Assembly: GCF_963921235.1 (NCBI RefSeq)
Contig: NC_086097.1
Location: forward strand, 73,968,001 to 74,032,000
DNA length: 64,000 bases
DNA from: Mobula hypostoma
Lineage: Eukaryota
Direction of reading: 5' to 3'
This document shows, in pieces, positions 39,115-50,600 of the stretch (positions within the stretch are counted from its first letter, which is position 1; the number at the start of each line of letters is the position of its first letter). Below the pieces are notes generated by a model. That model did no database searches, was not told the DNA's origin, and was given only the letters and a program-made list of their open reading frames with translations. Position numbers and translations under genes: made by a program.

Positions 39115-40025
39115 CCCTCAGACTGGAGGCCTGTGACAAGTGGTGTTCCCTCAGGGTTGGTGCTGGGCTGTTTGTCATCTATATCAATGATTATGGATGG
39201 GAATGATCAAGGCAGGTTAGTAAGTTTGGAGATGCTACTAAAAGAGTTTAGTATTTGTTTACAGTGTAGGTGGATATTGGGATTTATTGAGAGATTGTGA
39301 TAGTTTACTTCTTTATTTACTTGCTTATTTATTATCTATCTATTTATCATCTGGATAGATAGGCTGAGGAATAGCAAATGGAGTTTCATCTGGATAAGTG
39401 CAAGATGTTGCATTTTAGGAAGACAAATAAGGGTAGGATTTTCATAGTAAACAGTAAGGTAGAGCTCTGGGGAATGTTGGAGAACAGAGGGAACTAGCAG
39501 TACAAACACATCTCCGTGAAGAAGGCTTTTGACACAATGCCTTTCATCAGTCAGGGTACTGAGTACAGAAATTGGGATGTTATGTTGCCGATGTAGGTGA
39601 TGTTGGTGAGGCCTCATTGGAATATTCTGTTCAACCTACTGTAGGAAAGAAGCCATTAATCTGGAAAGAGTGCAGAAGATACTTATGACTATGTTGCAAG
39701 GACTCAAGGGACTGAGTAAGGGAGAGAGGTTGAACAGATTGGGACTCTTTTAACTGGAGGTAGGAGAATGAGGGGTGATCTTACAGAAATGTATAAAATT
39801 ATGAGAGGCATACATAGGATAAATGCTGTCTTTTTCCCAGTGCTGGGGAATCAAGAACTGGTGTGCACAGATCCAAGGCAAGAAGGATAGAATTTAATCG
39901 GAACCTGAGGTACATGAGCAAGAACAGTTTAGAGGGGTATGTACCAAATACAGGCAAATATGATAAGCTTAGATGGAATTCTTGGTTGGGATGGACCAAA
40001 GGGCCTGATTTCCATGCTGTATGAC
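39115..40025 (+). mobile_element. Degenerate CR1 LINE (RT to 3' end)
   Basis: DWRPVTSGVPSGLVLG; 'aatctggaaagagtgcagaag'; terminal 'ggaccaaagggcctgatttccatgctgtatgact'. Confidence 0.75.
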
Positions 40026-40281
40026 TATTACTTGGGATTCAATTATGACATGGGGTGCTTGACTGCATGGAGTTTGAGATATCACTATGAACACCCATGT
40101 TTCCCCCAGGTGGTCCAATTTTCTCCCACATCCAGAATACATGCAGGTTGGAAGGTCAACCAGCCACTGTGAAATCCTCCCCCACTCCCCTCCGCCCAAG
40201 TGCCCTGTGTGTAGGTAAGTGGAAGAATCTGAGGTGAGTTAATGAGAATGAAATTGGAATTAATATAGTTTAGTATAAATG

Positions 40282-40825
40282 GTTTTCGGTTGGGCGCCAG
40301 ACGCTCGGAGAGATTTGGTGGGGGGGGGGGCGGGTGCCCGGCGCTCGGCCGGGGGCCTTGGTTGGCGACTTGGGCCGGCTTCCCCACCGGAATTAGTCTA
40401 GTGAGGAGGGTGTGAGGACACCCAGCAGGACTCAAAAAAACCAAGACCTAACAAAGGGTGGATGAGCTCCTTGTGAGCCAATGGCCATCTTCCGTGGAAG
40501 AGATTAAAGCCTCACCACATGTCTACGAATCGTATGCTATGCACCTAGTTAGAAGAGACTGATGAACTTGGGGGCTGCACCATGTGCCTGGACCTGACCA
40601 AGGCCTCCGCCTAAGGAAGGGCTGAGCTGGAAGAAGCGGCCGCGGCTGGAGGCCGACACGGCCTCGGGCTCGAGTTTGGCGGGGCGGCAGCGGGCAGTGC
40701 CAAGGAGGCCTGCGAGAACAAACTGGAGGAGAGGCTGTACTCGGTGCTGTCGCAAGATCGAAGAAGATGGAGGTGCATAGCCACCAACCCCGGATTCGGG
40801 ACGGCACTCACTGACTGACTGACTG
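40282..40825 (+). mobile_element. Short non-autonomous, probably RTE-derived retroelement carrying a host-gene fragment
   Basis: 10-bp TSD AGTATAAATG (40272-40281, 40826-40835); GC-rich 5' part; 3' part reads SQDRRRWRCIATNPGFGTAL (RTE-like C-terminal QDR..WR); (ACTG)n tail. Confidence 0.8.
40574..40750 (+). pseudogene. CYHR1: Circularly permuted fragment of ZFTRAF1/CYHR1 N-terminal coding sequence
   Basis: 40616-40750 encodes ..KKRPRLEA..(1 frameshift)..[19 protein letters not shown](C); 40574-40615 encodes (C)CTMCLDLTKASAY. In the order B+A these give [24 protein letters not shown], matching CYHR1 [25 protein letters not shown] as I recall it. Confidence 0.85.
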
Positions 40826-43800
40826 AGTATAAATGAGAATTGATAGCCAATGCAGATTCAGTAGGCTGAAGGGCCCATTTCCTTTCTGTATTGCTCCACG
40901 ACTCTGACACTGATTGCCTCACACATATAGATTAGAGTTTAGTATTATATTTATTGGGATAGTATCATCTAAAGTTATTGCTCATGGTAGTAAAGTATAA
41001 ATCAGGATTATACTTTCTCATTTAAAATTACTTTTATTAATGGGAGACCTGAGGTAAGGAAAAGCTTTAGATGTTACTGAGCAAGATTGAAAATTAAAAT
41101 GTGATCACTTTTGTCATTTTCTGACTAAATTCAGTACATCCTGCTGGACATAATCTGTGGTGAGTCTCCTAACATACATCATTTGCATGCTTCCAAAATG
41201 TTTATTTACAAGTGACATACTCTCATGGAGCTAGAGACGGCTTTGCCAAAGGCAGTCATCTCACAGGATTAACCGTGTTTATTGGAGGAAGAGATAGTCT
41301 TGGTGTGATTTTACTGAGGTAACAAAAGCTTGGTCACAAATTTCCTGGATCTTAGTAAATTCCTTGGAAACCCATTAAGAGATTGTTAATCTTGTTTGCA
41401 CAAAGGACAAAATGTATAGATTTATTGGATGATGTAAATTATTAAGAGGTGAGCTTTGGTGTTACCAAAAGCAAGCCTTTTCTGTTAAGAGAGCTCACAA
41501 CTCTTATTTTATTAACTCATCTATTATATTCCTGGAAGAGAAATACATGGATGCTGAAAATCGAAAAAAAAGAAAATGCTGAAAATGCTCTTTGTATTAG
41601 GCAGATTACCTGATATTTTAGGTTGAAGGTCTTTCTGATAAAAAAAAGATTGTAATGTTAACTTGATTTTTCCCTTCACAGATGCTGCCTGACCCAAAGA
41701 GTGCTTTCTGCATTTATATTTTATGTTGATAGCTTTCTACCAAATAATATTAAGTAGAATGTAGCTTAGTGAACACTATACTCCTTCAGGTTATGTGGTT
41801 CCTAGATTTGCACAGGGTTGCGTCCAGGAACAAAAGACTGAATGTTGTAGGCTGCCAAACAGGTGTAGATGATTTCATCTCTCAGTGTCTGCAGTTGCAT
41901 AGATACAGGGTCTCGTATTACACCTGAGCCTTCAAAGGATTCACAATCTCAATTTCAAGCATTCACTCACATTAGTTTTACCTCTCTTGATCTTTCATTT
42001 TGTTTTCAAATCACAATGCTGAATATTTGTAATTGACCAATTTTAACCTGTACATAAATAAAATAAATCTTTCTATGAAGGGCTACAGGTCAGCTGAGTA
42101 GAAACAGCTATAGATTTTACATATCTGCCAATCTGCCTTCACAGATTCTTCAAGTGCTTGCTTTTCAGATTAAAACTTAAATTATTTTTGAGAAGTTAGT
42201 TACATCATTGGACAGTACACATTACTTCATGTCATCCACCAGCTTAAAACAAACCTTGGAACTGATGGGATCTAAACCCACACTCCTGAGGGATCCCTGC
42301 TAGAGTCTCTTGACTATGCAACATCTGTCGCTTTAAAATACAATTCCTGTTCACATAAGTAGTTCAACTCTAAATGAGGCAAAAATAATAAAAGTTTTTA
42401 TAAACTTTGAGAGACTGACAAATAGAATACTTTAATTTCAGCACCCTCGGCATGGGAGATCAAAAATAATTTTCCTCTGAAACCAAATTAGTGGCAAAAC
42501 AGCAGGTTCACATGGAGATCTTTTCCATCATTTTTATATCCATTAACTTTAATGATACTGGCCGCGAAGATTTGTAATTAGTGGCATCCAATTTTTATTT
42601 GGATTGGAAAACATTTGATGTTTTTCATTTAGATGAGACAAAAGGAGGTGATGAGTACAACTGCACAAAGGCAGCAAGTTTATTGGTATTGAGCTGAACA
42701 AATCCAGCAGTTATATAATCAGGATTGTTCAAATACGAAGTGTATATATTTTTGAAAGGCAATCTTCATTATCTGTTTTCTGATTTTGATATGACACTTT
42801 GGCTTTAATCTCTGTCAGATTTATAACTCCATGTCATTCAAGCACTGTTTCAATTCTCATTCATGATTTTGCAACACATATTACACTACAATCTTTGCAT
42901 CTTTGGGCACTGTGCACTTCTTGTTTTATTTATTGTTGTATTTATTATTACAATGCATAACTGTTTACTTTGTGAGCTGCATGCGAACTTGGAATTTCAT
43001 TGCACCCTGGTGTATACGACAATAAACTAATCTAATCTAATCTAAATAGCCAGGAAGTCAGTGGGGAATTGATGACTTTCGAAAAGAAAGTGCCAAAAAG
43101 CTAGAGGATCAAGGAAAATAATGTTTAGCACATGGATGTGTGCTTTAGATGGCGAATCCCAGGGCAGAGGTTCGGATGAAAACGCCTACAACCGAAAATA
43201 AAATGCAGCAAATCATCTCTTCCAGCCTTGGTTCCTGTCCTGGCAGATCAACTCTGGTGGGGATTCCACTACTGCTTCAACTTAAAACAACTCAGCAGAG
43301 TCCAAACTACATAATTCTCAAGGACCCTGTCAGTTTCTGGCAGGTGTCCTTACATCTCGGCTAAGATTGTGACTGATCTGATTAAGCTGGAAAGATGTTT
43401 GTTTAAGTGCTCAACCCCATTCTGCCTGCCCCCACCAGATTTTTGGCAGACAATACCAGTTAAAATCAAATCTTCAAGCTTCTTTAATGAAAATTTGGGG
43501 GTCCAAACTTGGATTTTATTGCCTTTTTACTTTAGAATTCTGGTGAATCGTAGCTGTATATCAAATGACATCTTGTGAAGGGATAGTGGGTGGCCTGAGA
43601 AATCTGAGTACTACAAGCATGTGTAGCTGATCTCACCCTCAGTCCTCTGGCAATCTGATGATGGAAGTTTCTCGTATTGTTGTTTACTATAAAGACAGCC
43701 TACCCTGTTCTTTTGGCTGTTTGATCTTTTACATTTGCTAAAACTCTTATGCTTTAGAGGCAATACTACAGCACCATTTTTATTAAACCCAACTATAGCC

Positions 43801-46034
43801 CAAAGCAAATATTTAGCGAACTGAATACAATATGCTGCTTTACAGCATTAAACATGATCTGCTTGGTCTCAGGCTGGATGAAATCATGAATCTTTTGGCA
43901 GATGGATCGAAAGCCAGATTGGAATACTTCCTACATGGACTACTGAAGTAGTTCCAATTTTATTGTCATCTTAAAACAAGAGATTCTGAACACAACAAGA
44001 TGACTTCTTTGAAAATATACAAAAATACAAGACCATATGGACCCCAAATACCAATTTAATCTGTGCACTTCAATATAATCTTTATCATGACAATCTAATG
44101 AAAAATCTGCTGCACCTGTATTTCTCATCCAACGCAATGCATTTGATAAGCTGTCTGCAGCAGTCTAACAAGCCATTCAATTATAAAAGCAGTTCCACAA
44201 AGCATCAACACATGGGCTGCAGTGATTCAAGATAATTTGGCAACTCTCTGCAAAAACTAACTACGGACATCTGATTGTATGCAAATTTCTCAAACATTTT
44301 AATGGACATTTCAAGGTTGTAAACTTAATAATAAAATATTTCAGGATATTCATTAATGACTAGATAGTATCTGAATAGTTTAATGATGGACTGTGCCTGG
44401 GTGATTATACAATAAAATGAAGGAATCATAGCAAATGCACATGGCTGATGTGATACAGGTTACTTTAGAAACTGGGCACTTCTGATTATGGAGAAATTGG
44501 CCTACAGACAGCTCTCAGGAACAGACCACTTATGCAACCTGAGGAATGGCTATGTATGACACACAGGGGCACTTTCTGCACTGGAACCCAGACAATGCAT
44601 CATAATCATAGAGATGCTCATAATGACGAAAGAGTGACATACACTGAACGGCAACAGCTCGTCCACAGAGGCATATGACTTAGTCACTGCACAGACACCA
44701 ACAACCATTTTGACCATGGGGTTACTAATTGAAAATTCAATAATGCACAAGGCCTCAGACTTATATAAAGGTTGCAATTGGAGTCGAGGGAGACAAGTTC
44801 AATACCTGGGGGTTTGTACTGTATTATACTAGTTCGGCTGGATGCTCCTTTTAATCTACGAACATGGCAAGAAATTTGAAAACCTGTTTGGGTTGTGAGC
44901 GACCAATGACAAGTGTAGATTATTTCCTGTAGACACTCTAAATGATAGACATCATTATATGGTTTCAGATAGCAGAAATGGATTTTTTTATACAAGGACA
45001 ATTAGTATGGAAAATGTCCATCCTAATTTCTAGACTGGCATAATTTGAATCACTAAACTACTGTATTCCCAGAAATGAGGATATTCATATGACAGAATTA
45101 TGAGGCAACCATTTCCAATAGCAGAAAGGACAAAACTTAGGAAATCAAATGGAAGAGATTTAGAACATGGAGTTGAAGAAAACCTTTTATGAAGTTATGA
45201 AGCTGTGATCCTTGCTGCTACTCTTGCTGGCTGACTGAAAACGTGCCAATTTTCAAAATTAGACCTCATAGGTGATTGAAGAAAAACAGATGGTGAAAGA
45301 ATAAAAAAAAGAGCAGATAAGTACAATTAGTTTATCTGCATGGAGCATCAATGCTGCCAAAACCAAATGGCCATCCTAGTGTTATAACCTTTTTATATTT
45401 AGAGACGAGAGTGTATTTTATCAGTCTAAAAGATTAACATTGTTTATTTATGTACTATTATTCATCTGTTTCATTTCTTTATCTGAAAGAGCTGAAGGAA
45501 ATGGGACAATGCTTAAGTAGCTTCTACTTCAGATCATTCTAATTAAAATCGAAATACTTCATCTTTACAAAAATAAATCTTAAAATTCATTGGCATAAGA
45601 CATGTCTGCTGCTTTTTAATTTTGTGAGTTATCTGCATTCATTTTAGTTGAGTATCAGCCATAGAGTATATGAACATTTTTAAAAAATGGTGTACCCATT
45701 TGCCATACTTCTATTTCACAGATGCACTGAACATGTCAAAATCACATTCTTTGGATATTAGCTGGATATCCATTTAGCATCCTTCCTAATGCCATGTGGC
45801 AAAATTCAGTAAACTAAGCAGAACATTTAAAAAACAATAGGACCATGAACTATTGATAAGGTTTGCAACCATATCGCAGAATTTCATACTTCTTTAAAAA
45901 ATTGGTTTTATTCAGATTTTTATTGTACATAGGCAATCTAACAATTAATTATAGATTATAGCTGACTCAATGCTACAAATTAAATAGCAATAGATTTGAA
46001 AAAGTATCTAGTGCTTTCCTGGCGTATATGACAA

Positions 46035-46189
46035 ATAAACTCTTCATGGGCTTCCAGCTAGGTGCAGGTATCAATTTCAACCGATGTTTCAATGACATAC
46101 TTTGCCCTGATGAAGATGGCAGAGTTCGTCATCGAAATGTCAGTTAAAATCGATACCTGTACCCACCTGCAAGCCTGAGAAGAGTTTAT
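46035..46189. repeat. Imperfect ~155-bp inverted repeat with a hammerhead-like core (Penelope-type terminus)
   Basis: Arms ataaactcttca..ggtgcaggtatcaatttcaaccgatgtttcaatgac and gtcatcgaaatgtcagttaaaatcgatacctgtacc..tgaagagagtttat; CTGATGA at 46107-46113, GAAA at 46134-46137. Confidence 0.6.
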
Positions 46190-46324
46190 CTGAGCCACAG
46201 ATTTATTTTTCTTTACTTTTAACTGCTGCAAAACATGCACAATTATTTGCATTCTCTTGCTCACATGAAAAAAATACCAAAATACTGATTTCACAAACCA
46301 TTTTCCAAGAAAGAGAATAAAAAA

Positions 46325-46628
46325 AGAGATTAGCTTTACTTGTCACAAGTTCTTTGAAACATACAGTAAAATGGGTCGATTGCAGCAATGACCAACAAGG
46401 CCCAAGGATGTGCTGGGGGGCAGCCTGGTGCTTCTGATGCTAATGTAGCATGCCCTCAGCTTACCAAAGTGTACACCTTTGGAATTTGGAAGGTAACCAG
46501 AGCACCTTGTGGAAACCCACACTGCCACAGGAAGAATGTGCAAACTCCTTACAGACAGTGGCAGGAATTGAACTGCGATCGCTAGCACTGTAAAGGGTTG
46601 CACTAACTGCTATGCTACAGTATTGCCC
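46325..46628 (-). mobile_element. tRNA-derived V-SINE
   Basis: Minus-strand 'aaggagtttgcacattcttcctgtggcagtgtgggtttccacaaggtgctctggttacc'; homologous to 22350-22658. Confidence 0.75.
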
Positions 46629-48442
46629 ATTTGAAGAAAGGCAATTGGATTTGCAGATTTTCTTTCTACTCTTGCTTTTAAAACAAAATTTAATGAAGCC
46701 AAACAAAATATTTTAGAGTTTGCAGGAATAGATCTCCTTACAATTCCAATTAATTTGATTAATCCCTTTTAGTCAACAGGCAATGAGTTATATTCTAGTG
46801 CTGTTTTACTTCACAAGCCATGTGAAGATGTTTAACCACTGTTATTGCCTTTAGCACCTCAAATTATTGGTGTATTATTTCATGCATGCACTGTCCTTTT
46901 ATCAATTGCTTTTGAAGTCATGTTAATAGACTAGAAAATTGAGACATTTATGAAGTATAGGCAGTGTTTATGGAAAAAATCCATAAAATATGACAAAGGC
47001 AAGCATTGATAAAAGCTGCTTTTTAATAGATTATGGCAAAGTGATCCTGCTAGAAGCTGACAACTGACTCCTCTGAGATCACTCATTTTTATGGGATTAA
47101 TTTTGTCGTACTATAAATGAAGTTAAGCGTCCTAATTGATCTGTACACAGAGTACAGTATTTCAGCACAAAACCTTATAACCCTCCTTATACTCTGCTCT
47201 GCTGATCCTCGGCTAATTATCTTCTACTGATAACTGAGAAAGACATTTCTACTGGCAAATTAAACTGATAGTTCTGACACAGTTTCACTCAAAACAGAGC
47301 AATTCTTGATAGAGCACATCAAAATCAGCTTTAGTGTCAATAAGCGTTGCTAATTTATCGTCAATTTTATTGACTATCAAAGGGGAACAAACATGAAAAA
47401 AATTGACTAAATATTTAATAACAAAAATTAATGAGCTATAAATTATAATTCTCTACAATAATTACAACTGAAGCTTTAGGCAAAATATTCTCCTGTGATT
47501 ACTAAAATACAAAAATCATTATTCTATCAGTTTCATTTCAAAAGAAAGAGCTTGTTTCACAAGTCTAAAACTAGATAGCGTACAGCTGAAATTCTTTCAC
47601 CTCCAGGTTTCTTGGCTTGAAATCTAGCTCATTCTAGGGGAGACTTGAAATCATGTCTCTCCTAGATGTATTTTTGTTAAAAAGACCTAATTGTGTTTTA
47701 CATATTCTTAGTTCTGTTTATAATGGATCTGTGATGCAGAACTCCTTACTATTTGGGAACAACTGAAAGTAAAATAAAACTCTAGTATTCCATGCCACTT
47801 TCTGTGTTTCATAAAAGCTCTATAGTCAATACCTTATTACACAATGATGTGGGAGAAAAACAAGGGAATAAAAATGGCAACACTCCTTGAAAAATCAGCT
47901 GACTGATGATTCTGCACCTAAGTGGGCTTTATTAACAGATTTCAGCCTCCAGGTAGCAAGAACCAAACAGAAGAGACAGCTGTGAGAAGCTCTGTCAATA
48001 AATATTTTCACTGTCACAGCAGTGTATAATATTACATATTAGAAACAAGAACTAGTTTAATGACTCAAATTACTTAAACATTATTACAAATAAATGGTAA
48101 TTTTGCATTGCTGCCATCAGCCTTGTTCCAGCACAGTACACACATTTATAAAGGTATGATTTTCTCTCATGGTTTCCAATACATTTAGCAGCAGTCCCTA
48201 CCTCCCTATAGGACTATCAATAGCTTCAGGCAACTGAGGAAATTAGCTATCAGAGTTGAGATGTTCTGTTCCTAAAAAAACATGGTTCTTGGTGCTTTGA
48301 GTTTGCATCATCGAATAATAGAATCATTCTGAAGAGAAGGTTCTTACTGCAATTAAAAACAATGCTGGTCTTCAGTATACAATAGTATTGGAACATGATT
48401 CCTTGCTTAACTTGTGACTTTTTATCCAGTATCATTGCTTAC

Positions 48443-48617
48443 CTTTATTGACTGACTGTAAGGTCCTATGTTAGCAGGTGCCCAATGTGAAATACTCTGA
48501 ACATGCATAACCTCCTTTTGCTGTTTTGTTACATCTTGGGAAGCTGATTCATTTTTGTGTAAAAGGCAATCAACTTGAAGCAATATTCCATCAGGTAATG
48601 GGACTTCCACACAAACC
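48443..48617 (-). CDS. DPH6: DPH6 coding exon (end of Rid-like domain 1, start of domain 2)
   Basis: tttttctAG acceptor, GTAAGC donor; 175 nt, phase 2/0; (R)VCVEVPLPDGILLQVDCLLH...MHVQSISHWAPANIGPYSQSIK contains the Dph6 HVQS.S.WAPANIGPYSQ signature. Confidence 0.95.
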
Positions 48618-48709
48618 CTAGAAAAACACAGGGACGATTTAATACAGGGTAACTTTGTGGACTGTTTGAACTTTCAATAGTTCCAAAATATTGTGTTGAG
48701 AATACAGTG

Positions 48710-49430
48710 TCAGGAAGTGTATGGTCATGTACTTTGGTAGAAGAAATAAAAGCACAGACTATTTTCTAAATGGAGAGAAAATTCAAAAATTTGAGGTGCA
48801 AAGGGACTTGAGAGTTGTTATGCAGGATTCCACAAAGGTTAATTTGCAGGTTGAGTTGGTACTGAGGAAGGCAAATGTGATGTTAGCAAGGATGTAATGT
48901 TGAGGCCTTATAAAGCACTGGTGAAGCCTCAATCGGAGTACTGTGAGCAGTTTTGAGCCTCTTATCTAAGAAAGGATGTGCTGACATTGCAGAGGGTTCA
49001 AAAGAGGTTCATGAAAATGATTCCAGGATTGAAAGGCTTATCATATGAGGAGCATTTGATGATTCTGGGCCTGTACTCACTGGAATTCAGAAGAATGAGG
49101 GGAGATCTCAATGAAACCTTTCGAATGTTGAAAGGCCTCAATATAGTGGATGAGAAGATCATGTTTTGTTGTGTTGGGTGAGTCTAAGACCTGAGGCTAC
49201 AGCCTCAGAATAAAGGGAAGTCCATTTAGAATGGAGAAGAGGAGAAACTTCTTTAGCCAGAGAGTGGTGTATCTGTGGAAGTTGTTGCCACAGGCAGTTG
49301 TGGATACCAAGTCATTGGCTATACATAAGGCAGAGGTTGATTGATTCCTGATTAGTCAGGGCATGAAGAGATAAAGGAGAAGGCAGCAGATTGGAGGGAA
49401 ATAGCAGAGGAGACTCTTATGGTCTTATAT
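48710..49430 (+). mobile_element. CR1 LINE 3' fragment
   Basis: LQRVQKRFMKMIPGLKGLSYEE..LGLYSLEFRRMRGDL; same subfamily as the CR1 split by the L1. Confidence 0.85.
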
Positions 49431-50167
49431 TACATGTGCTATCATAGTCCTCTTATTTTAAGACATTTTCCAGAAAGAATCCCTTTCCCTCTTTGCTTTG
49501 TAGCTGAGAGTCAATGTTAACAGTGCATCAAGAATTAATGCATGATTGTACAGAATACATATTTTAATTTCATCTGTAAATCTTTTAAATTGATAATGTA
49601 TCACAGAATTGTTACAGTACATAAGGAAACCTTGGAATCTGTGACAGTGTCTGTAATAGCAGTCCGATTCTTTCACTCTTTCTCCAGAGCCTTCCAATTT
49701 ATTTTCCTTCCAAGTGTTGATCCAATTTTTTTTCCTGACCTCTCCTTCCACCACAGGTACAAGCTGTGAGGACCATGTTATCATTACTTCCTGCACAAAA
49801 GAGTTTTTTCACACATCCCTCTTTTTCATTTTGCCGCCTAAAACTTCAGTGGGTCCCCAGTTATCACAAATGGGAATAGCCTCCCTCCAACTAACCCAAC
49901 AATGAATTCATATCTTTATGAAACCTCTTTTTCTTCTTTGTTTAGTCAAGTTAAATTTCACCTTCTGCAGTTGAACCATTAACGGCTTAAATCCTCCATT
50001 CCTGAATCTGTCTTATTATTTATTTCTGTACCTTGCCTCTGACTTCCTCATTCTTCCCAAAGGTCTAGGTGCTATTTTTCCACTGTGGCCTAACCAATGA
50101 TTTATACAGGTCCAACATAGCTTCCCTATCTTTGAACTCTGGGCCGCTGTTTATAAATTCGAGCATT

Positions 50168-50600
50168 CTATGGGAAACACCTGAGAAGGTAGTGGAGAAT
50201 AACAGAGCTAAGATCCTCTGGGACTTCCAAATACAGACTGGTAAGCAAGTATTGGCCAACTAACCAGACATAGTAATACTGGGCAAGGAACTGAAGAAAA
50301 CAATAGTCATAGATGTGGCAATCCCAAATGACGGTGACATCAGGAAGAAAGAATGAGAAGCTGGAGAAATACCAGGACTTGAAACAGCAGAGAGAAAGCA
50401 TGTGGAAGGTTAAAGCCAGAATAATCCCAGTGGTGATAGGAGCACTTGGTGCTGTAACACCTGGACTGGGAGAGTGGCTCCAACAAATTCCGGGAACAAT
50501 ATCTGAGAATCTCGGTCCAGAAGACCACACGGAACAGCAAGGATGCTGTGTCGAATGTTCAAGCTCCCAGACCTCTCGTAGAGGACCCAAGATTGAGGGA
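50168..50600 (+). mobile_element. 3' fragment of an RLE-type (R4/Dong/Rex6-like) non-LTR retrotransposon
   Basis: PEKVVENNRAKILWDFQIQT...PDIV...IVIDVAIP...EKLEKYQDL...IPVVIGALG: the PD..D restriction-like endonuclease C-terminus. Confidence 0.8.

Larger units (their letters stand above)
40050..40910 (+). mobile_element. V-SINE with CR1-derived tail, interrupted at 40282-40825
   Basis: 'tgcatggagtttg..tttcccccaggtggtccaattttctcccacatcc' before the insert; 'ggctgaagggcccatttcctttctgta' after it. Confidence 0.6.

Noticed and set aside
40282..40440. HDV-like ribozyme in the 5' module of the RTE-derived element
   Set aside because: GC-rich stems are possible, but I could not assign the nested double pseudoknot by eye; needs a structure-descriptor search.
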